Positions 9,897-20,104 of a stretch of DNA of 64,000 bases are shown one piece after another. The translations under genes were made by a program, and so were the position numbers. The notes beneath the pieces were generated by a model. The model searched no databases. It had not been told where the DNA came from and was given only the letters and a program-made list of their open reading frames with translations. Positions within the stretch are counted from its first letter, which is position 1. Each line of letters opens with the position of its first letter. This DNA is from Candidatus Eremiobacteria bacterium (GTDB lineage: Bacteria; Vulcanimicrobiota; Vulcanimicrobiia; Vulcanimicrobiales; Vulcanimicrobiaceae): assembly GCA_963737065.1 (NCBI GenBank), contig CAVTRC010000001.1, forward strand, positions 2,433,064 through 2,497,063. The letters run 5' to 3'.

Positions 9897-11753
9897 TTAG
9901 CAGCGACCGCCGCTATCTTGCGTAACCGTCCCGGCCCTCGCGCTAACCGTCTTGTTCCAACAGTAGCCCGTGCTGCTGTGCACGGTGTACCGCTGTGTCG
10001 TTGCGCCATTCGATGGCGCGTACGTGCCGTTCGCGAAGAAGTTCAACGTATCCGTCGCGTTCACGACGTTCGACGATTCGAGAAAGAATGGTGCACCAAA
10101 TCCGGCATTGTGACGAGCGACAACCTTCGTTTTCCCTTGTGTGACCTTCGTCGTTTGCGTCGCGCTGCCGTCCGGGTTGGCGACGTAGTCGTAGACCACG
10201 GTGAGCGGCCAGTCTCGCAGCTGCGTTTCCGTCGATAGGCCGTTGTGTCCGAAGCCGTTCGCGCTTTCACCAGACCGTGGTTGATGTGTCGTCGTTTCCG
10301 AGAAGATCTTCGTATCTTGTGCAATGTTCTGATCAAAAAGCGTCCCGGCCGTATTCACATCGATGTTCTGCTTGTTGTCGAAGCTGATTGTTTGATGGAC
10401 GTCGGTTTCGATGCGCCCGGTCGATGTATTGACGTAGCCGTCGATATCGACGATATGCGTCGAACGCACGTCGATTGTTCCGGTCGCAACGCCTTGCGCG
10501 CTTGTTTTCACGTTTTCGATCACGGCCGGTACGGGCTGAAGCGCCGTTCCGTTTCTGATGATGCCTCCGGTCACTTGCTTCGAGCCGTGATCGAGATAGA
10601 CGAGCAACGCACCGTTCGTGGCAAAGTAATTTCCGTTGTTGAACACCGTCACGTCGATCGTATGCGGCTGGCCGTTGCTCAAGATGCCGGCGAACGGTGT
10701 GAGGTTCACGCGATACGGATGGAAGTTAAGCGTCTCGACTCCCGGGATTGGGCGCCACAGATACGGATCGATCCCGCCCGTATAAATCCACGGATACACG
10801 GGCACAACGCCGGCCGCCTGTCCGTCGATCGCGACGTCGCCTTCCCGGAATGCCGTGTTGCCGCAGTTGAACAATGCAGCTGCGAGATCGTTCGGAAAAC
10901 ACGTGTACCAGAATTCGTCACCGCCTTGCGACTGAAGATATACGTCGAGATATGCTGCCCGCACGTTAGGTTGTAGCGTGTACGTTGCCGTCAGCGGCTG
11001 CGATGGCGTCGAAAGGTATTGATTATCGCCAAGCGGACCGCCCGAAAGCGGATACACCGCGTCCGGAACGTCGGGCACCGGATAGTGTCGCGATGCGGGG
11101 TAGAATTCGAGCTTTGCACTCGCAGAGACAATGCCGGTATACGTGCTGTTGACGGTATTACCGAGAACCGTTTCGCCCTGAGACGCAGTTTCGAAGATCG
11201 GAGTCAGATCGGTGACGTCTTTCTCGACGTGCCAGGACGGTCCAAGAGTGCTCGACGGTTCGGCGGTCGTGCCAAAATACACGTTGGTTCCCGCGATCCA
11301 GATTGAACCCGTGCGATCGTACTGGCGTCCCGCCGTAACGGCAAAGTCGGCGTCCAGCACGATCTTCGCCCACGGCCCGCGGCACGACGGTGAGTAGTTG
11401 AACGTCTTAGGCGTGTAATCGCTGAATTGAACGTCTGAAAACAACGGCACGATGCACGGCGTTTCGTCAGGCCGTCTGACCGGCGGATTGGCGGTCGTTA
11501 CATTCGACGGATGCGAATAATCTTGTGCGCGAACGCGTGCCGACGTATCCGTCGTTTCACCCGCGGCTAGCCGCCGCGCGGTGCTGCGTATCGACGCTTT
11601 GTCATGAAACGATGGAGCCGTCGCGCCGTTGGCGCGCGATGATGATTGCGGAGACATACCGGCGCCGGCGCAACCGGCAAGCGACGTAACGAGAAGCATC
11701 GAGACGGCGAATCGCTCGCGTCTATGGCTTAGTTGATCCACTGCACCCTCCAC
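9897..11753 (-). CDS. Peptide-N4-(N-acetyl-beta-glucosaminyl)asparagine amidase A (PNGase A)-like lipoprotein
   Basis: Lipobox LAGC; GRQYDRT, GTTAEP, DEFWY, FRE, PVYPWIYTGGIDPYLWRPIPG, VNLTPFAG typical of the PNGaseA family; start uncertain. Confidence 0.8.
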   Translation of the reverse strand: MEGAVDQLSHRRERFAVSMLLVTSLAGCAGAGMSPQSSSRANGATAPSFHDKASIRSTARRLAAGETTDTSARVRAQDYSHPSNVTTANPPVRRPDETPCIVPLFSDVQFSDYTPKTFNYSPSCRGPWAKIVLDADFAVTAGRQYDRTGSIWIAGTNVYFGTTAEPSSTLGPSWHVEKDVTDLTPIFETASQGETVLGNTVNSTYTGIVSASAKLEFYPASRHYPVPDVPDAVYPLSGGPLGDNQYLSTPSQPLTATYTLQPNVRAAYLDVYLQSQGGDEFWYTCFPNDLAAALFNCGNTAFREGDVAIDGQAAGVVPVYPWIYTGGIDPYLWRPIPGVETLNFHPYRVNLTPFAGILSNGQPHTIDVTVFNNGNYFATNGALLVYLDHGSKQVTGGIIRNGTALQPVPAVIENVKTSAQGVATGTIDVRSTHIVDIDGYVNTSTGRIETDVHQTISFDNKQNIDVNTAGTLFDQNIAQDTKIFSETTTHQPRSGESANGFGHNGLSTETQLRDWPLTVVYDYVANPDGSATQTTKVTQGKTKVVARHNAGFGAPFFLESSNVVNATDTLNFFANGTYAPSNGATTQRYTVHSSTGYCWNKTVSARAGTVTQDSGGRC

Positions 11754-11797
11754 GGTAGATAACAGGCTGCAGCGCTTCTAGGCGATTGCGCGCTTCA

Positions 11798-12979
11798 CTA
11801 GGCAGCAGCCCGCTTGCAAAGTGATCCCAGCAGCCTATACGCGACCGACACACGATCTGCGATCGGATAGTTTTCGTTCGCGAGCAGCGCGATGCCGCAA
11901 CGCCGTTCCGGAATGAACGCGACATATGCGCCGAAGCCGTTCGTCGAGCCCGTTTTGTTGATCCACATGTCCGCGCGCGGCTTTTCCGGCGGCGTTAACG
12001 CGGTCACGCGGTTCGGATTGAACATCATCGTCGCAGAATTGCCGTTCAAAAGCGTCTTCAGGGTCACCGGCAGCGTGTATTGCTCCCAGATCAGATCTTG
12101 CGTAAACGGACCTGCTGCAAAGTAGGCAGTGTGCGTGTTGGAAATTGCTCTCTGGAGCTTGCGGTCAATGCTGACAAGGTTCATATTTGCTTCGATGAAG
12201 CGCGTCATATCCGAAGCAGTCGTTCTGATTCCGTATGCTTGCTCCCATAACACGCCCGGCGTCATGCGGATCGGCGAGCCGCGCCGGTAGCCTTCGGCGT
12301 AGTTCCCGCTCTCGGAACGCGGCACGTTGATATACGTATGATGCATCCGGAGCGCGGAAAACAACCGCTGTTGCATCACGCCGTCGAAGCTCGCACCTAG
12401 ACTCTTTGCAGCGATCAGTCCCAACACCCCGATGCTAATGTTCGAGTACGTCCGATAGGTCCGCGGCGCATACAAGGGACGCCATTGCTTCAGATACGTC
12501 ATCAACCCGTCGACGCTGTGCACGTCGTCCGGAACCTGAAGCGGTAATCCTCCGGACGTGTGCGTCGCGAGGTTCAGTAGCGTGACGTTGCCGAACGGGC
12601 GGCCTGTCAGCGACGGCAAATATTTGCTCGTGCCATCCGCCAATGCCATCCGTCCGTCGCTCTGCGCGAGCGAGGCGAGTGTGGCGGTGAACGTCTTGCT
12701 GATCGATCCAAGTTCGAACAGCGTATCGTTCGTGACGGGCGCGTTCGTCTCAATGGAAGCCACGCCGTAGTTTAAAACGTACGGCTTGCCATCGATGACT
12801 AGCCCGACGCTCATCCCCGGAATTGCGTCCTTCGACATAACGGGCCCGACGGCGGCATCAACGACAGCCTTCACTCGCTGGAAGTCCGAGTCGTCGCCTC
12901 TCACGGTTCCCGTCGCGCTCAACACGCCGGCGCAAACAACCGCGGTGGCAAAAACGCGCTCGCCAATGTAACGGTTCAC
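11798..12979 (-). CDS. ampC: Class C beta-lactamase
   Basis: FELGSISKTF (SxxK), YSN, INKTGSTNGFGAYVAFIP, THTSGGLPLQVP. Confidence 0.9.
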   Translation of the reverse strand: MNRYIGERVFATAVVCAGVLSATGTVRGDDSDFQRVKAVVDAAVGPVMSKDAIPGMSVGLVIDGKPYVLNYGVASIETNAPVTNDTLFELGSISKTFTATLASLAQSDGRMALADGTSKYLPSLTGRPFGNVTLLNLATHTSGGLPLQVPDDVHSVDGLMTYLKQWRPLYAPRTYRTYSNISIGVLGLIAAKSLGASFDGVMQQRLFSALRMHHTYINVPRSESGNYAEGYRRGSPIRMTPGVLWEQAYGIRTTASDMTRFIEANMNLVSIDRKLQRAISNTHTAYFAAGPFTQDLIWEQYTLPVTLKTLLNGNSATMMFNPNRVTALTPPEKPRADMWINKTGSTNGFGAYVAFIPERRCGIALLANENYPIADRVSVAYRLLGSLCKRAAA

Positions 12980-13280
12980 ACGCGCCTCTTCCAACGGGGC
13001 TGTTGGAAGTCTTCTTACCGCGCGACAGTTTTCGATTTGTGAACTGAACCGATCCGGTTACCGGCGCAAATCCACGTTTGAGCTAAAGTGTGTTGCCATT
13101 CCGTCGGGTCGAACCGAATCAAGAGCGGTGCACTTAATAGCGATATGGCGAGTTCGAAACACAAGACCGACGCACCTTCACCGACCGCTGCGAATGAAAG
13201 CGTACGCTATCCGCGCGCGGTAAGCGACCCGAGAGTTTTCAGACATCGATTTTTCAATTGTCTGTTGTCGGCTGCAAGCG

Positions 13281-13319
13281 AAAAGAAACAGGTCCGGAAT
13301 TTTTGATTTCCGGACCTGT
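13281..13319 (-). terminator. Rho-independent terminator after tRNA-fMet
   Basis: 12-bp perfect stem ACAGGTCCGGAA/TTCCGGACCTGT followed by TTCTTTT on the minus strand. Confidence 0.8.
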
Positions 13320-13323
13320 ACAC

Positions 13324-13398
<75 letters not shown>

Positions 13399-13455
13399 GT
13401 GCGACTGACCGAGTTACGGCGGGTTCCACCGCATTCCCTCCGAACGTCGGCGGAT

Positions 13456-14493
13456 ATGCACGACGTCGATACGGCAATCGAAAGTCTACCAAAGATCCAT
13501 CTGCATTGCCACCTCGAAGGGACGCTGCGCGCAGAGACGTTTGTCGAGCTTACTCGCAGATACGGGATGTCGACGCGGTACCGGCCCGGCAGCGACATGC
13601 CGGGCCCGAGCGACCCAAGCGAGGTATATCGCTTCAAGAGTTTCCAAGAGTTTCTCTTGACGTTCGCTGCCGTCAGCCGAGCGCTTGCGACGCCGGATGA
13701 TTACGCGCGGCTCGCCCGTGAATTCGTTCGCGATGCGGTCTTGCAGAACGTCGTCTACGGAGAACTGTTCATCTCGCCATCGGTGTGGTCGTATTTCAAC
13801 CCGGCGCTCGACGTACCGGCGACGATTCGCTCCATCGTTGCAGAGCTCAACGCGCTGCAGGCTGCATCGTTTTCGCTCATCGTTGATGTGACGCGCAACT
13901 TTGGTGCGGAGTCCGCGATGCGCACGGCGCGCATTGCCGCCGGTCTTGCGGGTGAAGGCGTCATCGGCATCGGGCTGGGCGGCGACGAAGCGCGTTATCC
14001 GGCGCCGCTTTTCAAGGACGTCTTCGCGTTCGCGCGCGCACACGGCTTGAACGTTGTGGCGCACGCGGGTGAAGCGGCGGGGGCACAAAGCGTGCGCGAT
14101 GCGGTTGAAGTCCTCGGCGCACAACGCATCGGGCACGGTATCCGCGCGCTCGAAGATGCGCGCGTAATCGACCTGCTGCGTGAGCGCGAGATTCCACTTG
14201 AAATTTGTCCGACATCGAATTTTCTCACCGGCGTTGCGTCGCGCGAACGCCGGCATCCGGTAGCGGAACTCGACGCGGCCGGGATTATCGTCACAATCGA
14301 CGCCGACGATCCGACGCTTTTCGGAACGTCGATCACGCACGAGTATGCGTTCGTCGCGCAAGAGGTTGGAATCGATGCGCTGCGGCGGTTCGTCCATCAG
14401 GCCGTCGACGCGTCGTTCTTGGACGGTATCGCGAAGCAAGCGCTGCACGGGCGAATCGGCCCGGAAACCGTGCCGCCGCTCGCGAAGTCTTAG
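13456..14493 (+). CDS. add: Adenosine deaminase
   Basis: HLHCHLEG, AHAGE, RIGHG, CPTSN, DDP. Confidence 0.9.
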   Translation: MHDVDTAIESLPKIHLHCHLEGTLRAETFVELTRRYGMSTRYRPGSDMPGPSDPSEVYRFKSFQEFLLTFAAVSRALATPDDYARLAREFVRDAVLQNVVYGELFISPSVWSYFNPALDVPATIRSIVAELNALQAASFSLIVDVTRNFGAESAMRTARIAAGLAGEGVIGIGLGGDEARYPAPLFKDVFAFARAHGLNVVAHAGEAAGAQSVRDAVEVLGAQRIGHGIRALEDARVIDLLREREIPLEICPTSNFLTGVASRERRHPVAELDAAGIIVTIDADDPTLFGTSITHEYAFVAQEVGIDALRRFVHQAVDASFLDGIAKQALHGRIGPETVPPLAKS

Positions 14494-14499
14494 AGACAC

Positions 14500-15168
14500 A
14501 TGTCGGGACACAGCCATTTCGCCGAATCCATCGAGGAATATCTCGAGGCCGTCTACCGATTGGAACGCGAAGGGCCCGGCGTTACAACCTCTGGTCTTGC
14601 TTCGTCGCTCGGCGTTGCACCGGCGTCGGTTTCCGGGATGCTCAAGAAGCTCGCGAAGGACGGATACGTGCAGCAAGTCGGGCGCGGCGAAGTGAAGCTG
14701 ACGCGAAAAGGGCTTGAAGTCGGAGTCCGCGTGCTGCGGCGTCACCGGCTCGCGGAGCGGTTACTGACCGATGTGCTCGGCATGCCGTGGGACGAGGTGC
14801 ACACTGAAGCTTGTATGCTCGAGCATGCCATCTCCGATCGTGTTGAAGCGCAACTGATGAAATTGCTCGAGGATCCGAATAGGTGTCCGCATGGGCAACC
14901 GATTCCACCTCGCGACTTGAGCGATCCGCCCGCGTTCGGTGAACCGCTCGCGCAACTGCCTGAAGGCACTCATGCGCGCATCGAAAGCGTTACCGAAGAG
15001 CTCCCCGAGATTTTGCGTTATCTCGCGGACATTGGCATACGGCCGGGCGTCGAAGTCGCCGTCGAACACAAAGCTCCGCTTAGTGGTCCGGTCACGATCC
15101 GCGTCAACGGCTCCGCGCACGCGATTTCGCTCGAACTTGCGCGAATGGTCACGGTTCGAATCGCGTGA
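14500..15168 (+). CDS. DtxR/MntR-family metal-dependent transcriptional regulator with FeoA domain
   Basis: EEYLEAVY, RRHRLAERLL, EACMLEH, CPHGQPIP, C-terminal FeoA-like region. Confidence 0.9.
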   Translation: MSGHSHFAESIEEYLEAVYRLEREGPGVTTSGLASSLGVAPASVSGMLKKLAKDGYVQQVGRGEVKLTRKGLEVGVRVLRRHRLAERLLTDVLGMPWDEVHTEACMLEHAISDRVEAQLMKLLEDPNRCPHGQPIPPRDLSDPPAFGEPLAQLPEGTHARIESVTEELPEILRYLADIGIRPGVEVAVEHKAPLSGPVTIRVNGSAHAISLELARMVTVRIA

Positions 15169-15827
15169 TCACACGATTTCTCATCTTCGTCAACGTCGTC
15201 GCCTTCTTGTGGGAAGCTTCGATCGCCGGTCCAGGTGCGTTCGCAATGCTCGGGAGCGAGTCGATGCTGCCGGTTCTCGATCGTGCGGCGCTGCGGCCGA
15301 ATGACGTACTGATTCATCACGAATGGTGGAGAATCGTCACGTCGGCGTTTTTGCACGGCGGATTGGTCCACATCTTCGTCAATATGATTTCGCTATGGTC
15401 GCTCGGGCGCTTCATTGAATACATTGCGGGCGGCACGCGCATGGTGGCAATCTACGCGGTGTCGCTCGTGGCTTCCGGGCTCGGCGTAGTGTTCTTGACG
15501 TCTCCGGCGTTCCGAGACGTTCCGACGCTCGGTGCAAGCGGAGCGATCTTCGGGCTCTTCGGCGCACTCTTCGCGATCGGTCTAAAACTCGGACGTCCGG
15601 GTATGCAACTCGTGCGCGACAACATCGGCATCCTGATTCTCAATTTAATTATCACGTTCACGGTGCCCGCGATCTCGTGGCAGGCGCACGTGAGCGGACT
15701 GCTCACGGGATTCATCGTAACGCTGCTGATTTATTATCCGCCGCGCCGCGTTGCGCCGGCCGTCGTCGATGCCAAAACCGGCGACGCGTACGAAACCGAA
15801 TATCAGGCACCGCAGCAGCACCAATGA
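15165..15827 (+). CDS. Rhomboid family intramembrane serine protease
   Basis: WWRIVTSAFLHGG..HIFVNM, GASGAIFG, AHVSG. Confidence 0.9.
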   Translation: MITRFLIFVNVVAFLWEASIAGPGAFAMLGSESMLPVLDRAALRPNDVLIHHEWWRIVTSAFLHGGLVHIFVNMISLWSLGRFIEYIAGGTRMVAIYAVSLVASGLGVVFLTSPAFRDVPTLGASGAIFGLFGALFAIGLKLGRPGMQLVRDNIGILILNLIITFTVPAISWQAHVSGLLTGFIVTLLIYYPPRRVAPAVVDAKTGDAYETEYQAPQQHQ

Positions 15828-17725
15828 CGTCGACGACGATCGAGCACGTCTTCTCCGCGGACGGTCCGCTCGCGCGTGCGTTGCCCGGCTTTGAAGCGCG
15901 GCTGGGTCAAGTGCAGATGGCGCAGCTCGTCGAGCGTGGGATTCTCGAAGGAATGCACACGATCGTCGAAGCGGGAACCGGGGTCGGCAAATCGCTTGCG
16001 TACCTGGTTCCCGCCGTGCGAAGCGGCAAGAAGGTCGTGCTCTCGACGGGGACGATCGCACTCCAAGAGCAACTCGTGCGCAAAGATTTGCCGCTCGTCG
16101 AACGCGCGCTCGGCGTGCCGATGCGCGTTACGCTGCTCAAAGGGCGCAATCACTACCTCTGCAAGCTGAAATACGAACGGATGCGCGCCGATCGTTTGGT
16201 GCCGCCGTCGCGCGGCATGCAAGAGATGTGGGCATGGGCATCGCGTACGGTTACCGGCGATCGCGCCGAGCTGAGTTTCGTGCCGACCGGCGATGAATGG
16301 GAACAGCTCGACGCGGACGCCGACGATTGCACCGGTGAGTTCTGCGAGCACTTTCGCGACTGCTTTTTCTTCAAGAAGCGCGATGAAGCGAAATACGCCG
16401 ATATCGTGGTCGTCAACCACGCGCTGTTCTTTTTGGATCTTGCGGTCGGCGGAGGATTGATTCCGCCATACGACGTTGCGATTCTCGACGAGGCGCACCA
16501 ATGCGAACGATGGGCGACCGGTGCGCTGACCGCCACGCTTTCACGCGCGACCATCGGACGCATGCTGCGCAAACTCCACCGCGCGTACACCGTTCCCGGC
16601 CATTTCGACGGCGAGTTTGATGAAGGGATTCGCGGGCTCGAGTCGGCGCTTGCGACCGTTCCGGGCGAACGGTATCCGCTCTCGGCGAATGATTCTGCGT
16701 GGCCGGCACTCGAAGACGTTCGTACGACGCTCTACAAGCTCGAGAACTGGCTTTACGCCAACTGGCATTCCGCGCTAAAGAAGAAGCCGGAGAACGATGC
16801 GGAAGCCGAGCGCCGGCGCGATCTCGCAATGCGATCGATTCTCGCGCACCAAGCGGCGATCGATCGAGCCCAGATGCCGAGCGATGAAGCGATTGCGTGG
16901 GTGGAGCGTTCCGATGCGGACGGACGGTTCGAAGTCAATAGCGCGCCGTTCGACGTTGCGGAATTTCTGCGCGCGACGCTCTTTACGCGCACGCAAAGCG
17001 TGGTGCTTACGAGCGCGACGATCTCCGTGAATCAATCGTCGTTCGAGTTTCTCAAACGCTCGCTCGGCATCGAGGATGCGCAAGAACTGGTCGCGCCGTC
17101 GCCGTTCGACTATGCGAAGCAGGCGCGGCTTTTCATCGCGCCGCCGCAACTCAATCCCAAGGCGATCGACTTCTCTCGCCGTGCGGCGCCGATCGTCGAG
17201 GAGTGCTTGGACCGCACGCGCGGCCGCGCATTTGTCCTCTTCACCTCTTACGCGCGTCTTCGCGAAGTCTATGCGCTCGTGCGGGAACGCGTGCCGTTTC
17301 CGATCAGACTGCAAGGTGAACTCCCGCGCGCGCAATTGCTGCACTGGTTCCGCACGACGCCGAATGCCGTGCTTTTCGCGACGGGAACGTTTTGGGAAGG
17401 TATCGATGTCGCCGGCGAGGCGCTCTCGTGCGTCGTGATCGACCGTTTGCCCTTTCCATCGCCGGCCGATCCGCTTGTCGCGGCGCGCGTGCGCGCATTG
17501 GAAGCGCGTGGACGAGACGGATTCGAACATTACATGATTCCAGCGGCAATCGTACGTTTGAAGCAGGGCTTCGGGCGGCTCATCCGGAGCATGAGCGACA
17601 AAGGTGTCGTCGCATTGCTCGACGGCCGCGCCGCGTCGACGCGCTATGGAGCCACGATCCTTTCGTCGCTGCCACCCGCGACGCGAATAACGCACCTCGA
17701 CGAGCTAACGGAATTTTTCGCTTGA
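15824..17725 (+). CDS. DinG/YoaA-family ATP-dependent DNA helicase
   Basis: EAGTGVGKS, KGRNHYLC, DEAH, TSAT, FWEGID, KQGFGRLIR. Confidence 0.9.
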   Translation: MTSTTIEHVFSADGPLARALPGFEARLGQVQMAQLVERGILEGMHTIVEAGTGVGKSLAYLVPAVRSGKKVVLSTGTIALQEQLVRKDLPLVERALGVPMRVTLLKGRNHYLCKLKYERMRADRLVPPSRGMQEMWAWASRTVTGDRAELSFVPTGDEWEQLDADADDCTGEFCEHFRDCFFFKKRDEAKYADIVVVNHALFFLDLAVGGGLIPPYDVAILDEAHQCERWATGALTATLSRATIGRMLRKLHRAYTVPGHFDGEFDEGIRGLESALATVPGERYPLSANDSAWPALEDVRTTLYKLENWLYANWHSALKKKPENDAEAERRRDLAMRSILAHQAAIDRAQMPSDEAIAWVERSDADGRFEVNSAPFDVAEFLRATLFTRTQSVVLTSATISVNQSSFEFLKRSLGIEDAQELVAPSPFDYAKQARLFIAPPQLNPKAIDFSRRAAPIVEECLDRTRGRAFVLFTSYARLREVYALVRERVPFPIRLQGELPRAQLLHWFRTTPNAVLFATGTFWEGIDVAGEALSCVVIDRLPFPSPADPLVAARVRALEARGRDGFEHYMIPAAIVRLKQGFGRLIRSMSDKGVVALLDGRAASTRYGATILSSLPPATRITHLDELTEFFA

Positions 17726-18741
17726 TCAGGCGCTCACTATCGGCTTTCGTTCTCGCCGCGTGGATGCCCGCACAGGCGTTGGCATGGGGATTTACGGGAC
17801 ATACGTACATCAACCGCGTTGCCGCGGAGCACTTTCCGGCCGAGTTGCCGGCGTTCGTACGTACAAAGCCGGCGGTCGATGAAATCACGATGCTCGGACC
17901 GGAAGAGGATCGCCTCAAAGGCGCCGGTGGATCGTGGGACGACGACAGCGACCCGGGACACTTTGTCGACATCGACGATTCCCTTACGATCTTCGGCATC
18001 GTAAGGCTCGACGCGCTTCCGAACGACATGAACGCATACGCGCACGCGCTCGCGAAGGCGCACACCGATCCCTATACCGCCGGGTACCTGCCGTACACGA
18101 TCATCGATGGCTGGGAACAAATGCGCAAGGATTTTGCGATTTGGCGTGTCGACGACTACATGGCCCTGCATGCAACGACCGCGGACGCGCGTGCGCGCTT
18201 CTCGGCAGACCGTTCGCTGCGCGAGACGCTCACGTTGCGTGACATCGGCGTTTGGGGGCACTTCATCGGCGACGGCGCGCAGCCGCTTCACGTAACCGTC
18301 CATTTCAACGGCTGGGGCAATCATCCGAATCCGAAAGGCTACCCGACCTCGCCTCAGACGCACGCGATGTTCGAGAGCGATTTTGTGGACGCGCACGTTA
18401 CGATCGACGACGTGCGCACGTATGTCGGCGGCTATACGCCGGTCGATCCGCACGCGTTTGTGTCCCAACCGGCAATCGCATCCGTCGTCGGTCATTATTT
18501 AATCGCGAGCGCGCAGGCTGTCCCCACCCTTTACGAGATCGACAAAGCAGGCGGCTTTGCGCACGCGACGCCCCGAGCGATCGGCTTCACGGCGGCGCAA
18601 CTCGGGCGCGGCGCGTCGATGATGCGTGACCTCGTCGCGCTCGCCTGGGAGGATAGCTTGAATGCAAGTGTCGGATATCCTGAACTTCCCGTTCGCGACA
18701 TTCTCTCCGGAAAGGTGGTACCGTCGAATGCGCACCCTTAA
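17722..18741 (+). CDS. Secreted S1/P1 nuclease family protein
   Basis: Signal peptide then mature WGFTGH, HFIGDGAQPLH, HAMFE. Confidence 0.8.
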   Translation: MIRRSLSAFVLAAWMPAQALAWGFTGHTYINRVAAEHFPAELPAFVRTKPAVDEITMLGPEEDRLKGAGGSWDDDSDPGHFVDIDDSLTIFGIVRLDALPNDMNAYAHALAKAHTDPYTAGYLPYTIIDGWEQMRKDFAIWRVDDYMALHATTADARARFSADRSLRETLTLRDIGVWGHFIGDGAQPLHVTVHFNGWGNHPNPKGYPTSPQTHAMFESDFVDAHVTIDDVRTYVGGYTPVDPHAFVSQPAIASVVGHYLIASAQAVPTLYEIDKAGGFAHATPRAIGFTAAQLGRGASMMRDLVALAWEDSLNASVGYPELPVRDILSGKVVPSNAHP

Positions 18742-18958
18742 GACCCTCGCCCTCGCGTTGTTACTCGGAACGACGTTTAGCGCGGCCGTCGACGCGAAGT
18801 CCTCGATGCCGGCGTGCAAAGGCGCAACCGTCTACGCGGTTCCCGCGCAGAAGATCTACTACGAAAAGGGCGAGACCAAGTATGGTCACGTCAAAGGCGG
18901 CACGTACATGTGTCAGGCCGCCGCTAACGGCAAAGGCTACAAGCACGCCACACCGTAG
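18728..18958 (+). CDS. Small secreted protein with a Cys pair
   Basis: Signal peptide; C...YYEKGETKYG...GTYMCQAAANGKGY. Confidence 0.7.
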   Translation: MRTLKTLALALLLGTTFSAAVDAKSSMPACKGATVYAVPAQKIYYEKGETKYGHVKGGTYMCQAAANGKGYKHATP

Positions 18959-18988
18959 CCGCATCATCGAAGTTGCGGGTTATCACTT

Positions 18989-19032
18989 CGGGTCGGTGCA
19001 TGCGTAAAGCTCGCTGCGCCGGCCCGTTTTTT
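18989..19032 (+). terminator. Rho-independent terminator
   Basis: CGGGTCGGTGCA / TGCGCCGGCCCG stem followed by T6. Confidence 0.7.
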
Positions 19033-19063
19033 CGCGGTGTTGCGAACAAACGCCGTCGCAAGG

Positions 19064-20104
19064 ATGCCGGGGCTCACAAGCGCAACGAGAGCGGCCGTGG
19101 AACTCGGCCGCAGCTTCGAGCGCGAAATTCGCGAACAACCCGATGTTTGGGAACGCGTCGCGTGCACCGATGCGCCCGCTCGGCTCGCAGAGGCGATCGA
19201 TGACGACGTCATCTTCGTCGGAAGCGGCAGTTCGCTCTTCGCAGGCCAACTCGGCGCGATCGCCTTGCGGCGACGCGGAATCACCGCGCAGGCCTTAGCG
19301 GCTAGCGAAGCGCGCGGCGACAACCGCGCGTACCACGAGCGCATCGTCGTCGCCGTTTCGCAAAGCGGCCGCTCGACCGACGTGCTCAATGCGCTCGACG
19401 CATTGCAGCCGAGCCGTATCATCGCGCTCACGAACACCGTCGATTCGCCGCTCGGTGCGCGCGCGGACGTGATCGTCGACGTCGGTGCCGGGAGAGAAGT
19501 AGCCATCCCCGCGACGAAAAGCGTCTCGGCCACGATCGCGATCCTTCTTTCGGCAGCGACGCTGCTTGGCGGCGAACCTTCACGCGACGCTCAAACGCTC
19601 GTTGATACCGCGCACACGATCCGCGCCTGGCTGGATGATCCCGCGGCGACGAAAACGGTGAAGCTCGCCGCGGAAGTCATTGCCAGGCAGCGTGACGTCA
19701 TGGTTCTCGGCACGGATTACGGCGCGCCGATAGCGCGTGAAGCGGCCTTAAAGTTCAAAGAAGCAACGTATCTGCACGCGGAAGGATTCGAGGCGGGCGA
19801 GTTCCGACACGGGAGCGCCGCAATGGTAGACGCAACGAGCGTTATCATCGGCCTCATCGACGATGATGCGCTGCGCGTGATCGCGCCTCCGCTTCGCGAA
19901 ATTGCATCGGCCGGCGCAGTGCGCTTTGCAATCGGTACGACGACCATCGACGGCATCGATCGTCTCGGTCCGCTCGTGAGTGATCCGTTCAATACGCTCG
20001 CGTGGCTGGTCACGGTCCAACTTCTCGCGCTCTATACCGCGCGGGCGCGCGGGATCGACAGCGATGCACCGCGCCGATTGACGAAGGCGGTGATCACCGA
20101 ATGA
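19064..20104 (+). CDS. Double SIS-domain protein (GlmS isomerase-domain-like sugar-phosphate deaminase/isomerase)
   Basis: EIREQP, GSGSS, SQSGRS, ATKS, EAALKFKE, EFRHG, DAPRRLTKAV. Confidence 0.85.
   Translation: MPGLTSATRAAVELGRSFEREIREQPDVWERVACTDAPARLAEAIDDDVIFVGSGSSLFAGQLGAIALRRRGITAQALAASEARGDNRAYHERIVVAVSQSGRSTDVLNALDALQPSRIIALTNTVDSPLGARADVIVDVGAGREVAIPATKSVSATIAILLSAATLLGGEPSRDAQTLVDTAHTIRAWLDDPAATKTVKLAAEVIARQRDVMVLGTDYGAPIAREAALKFKEATYLHAEGFEAGEFRHGSAAMVDATSVIIGLIDDDALRVIAPPLREIASAGAVRFAIGTTTIDGIDRLGPLVSDPFNTLAWLVTVQLLALYTARARGIDSDAPRRLTKAVITE

Noticed and set aside
13088..13306. 72-aa ORF between ampC and tRNA-fMet
   Set aside because: No SD or motif, and it runs into the terminator hairpin; likely non-coding
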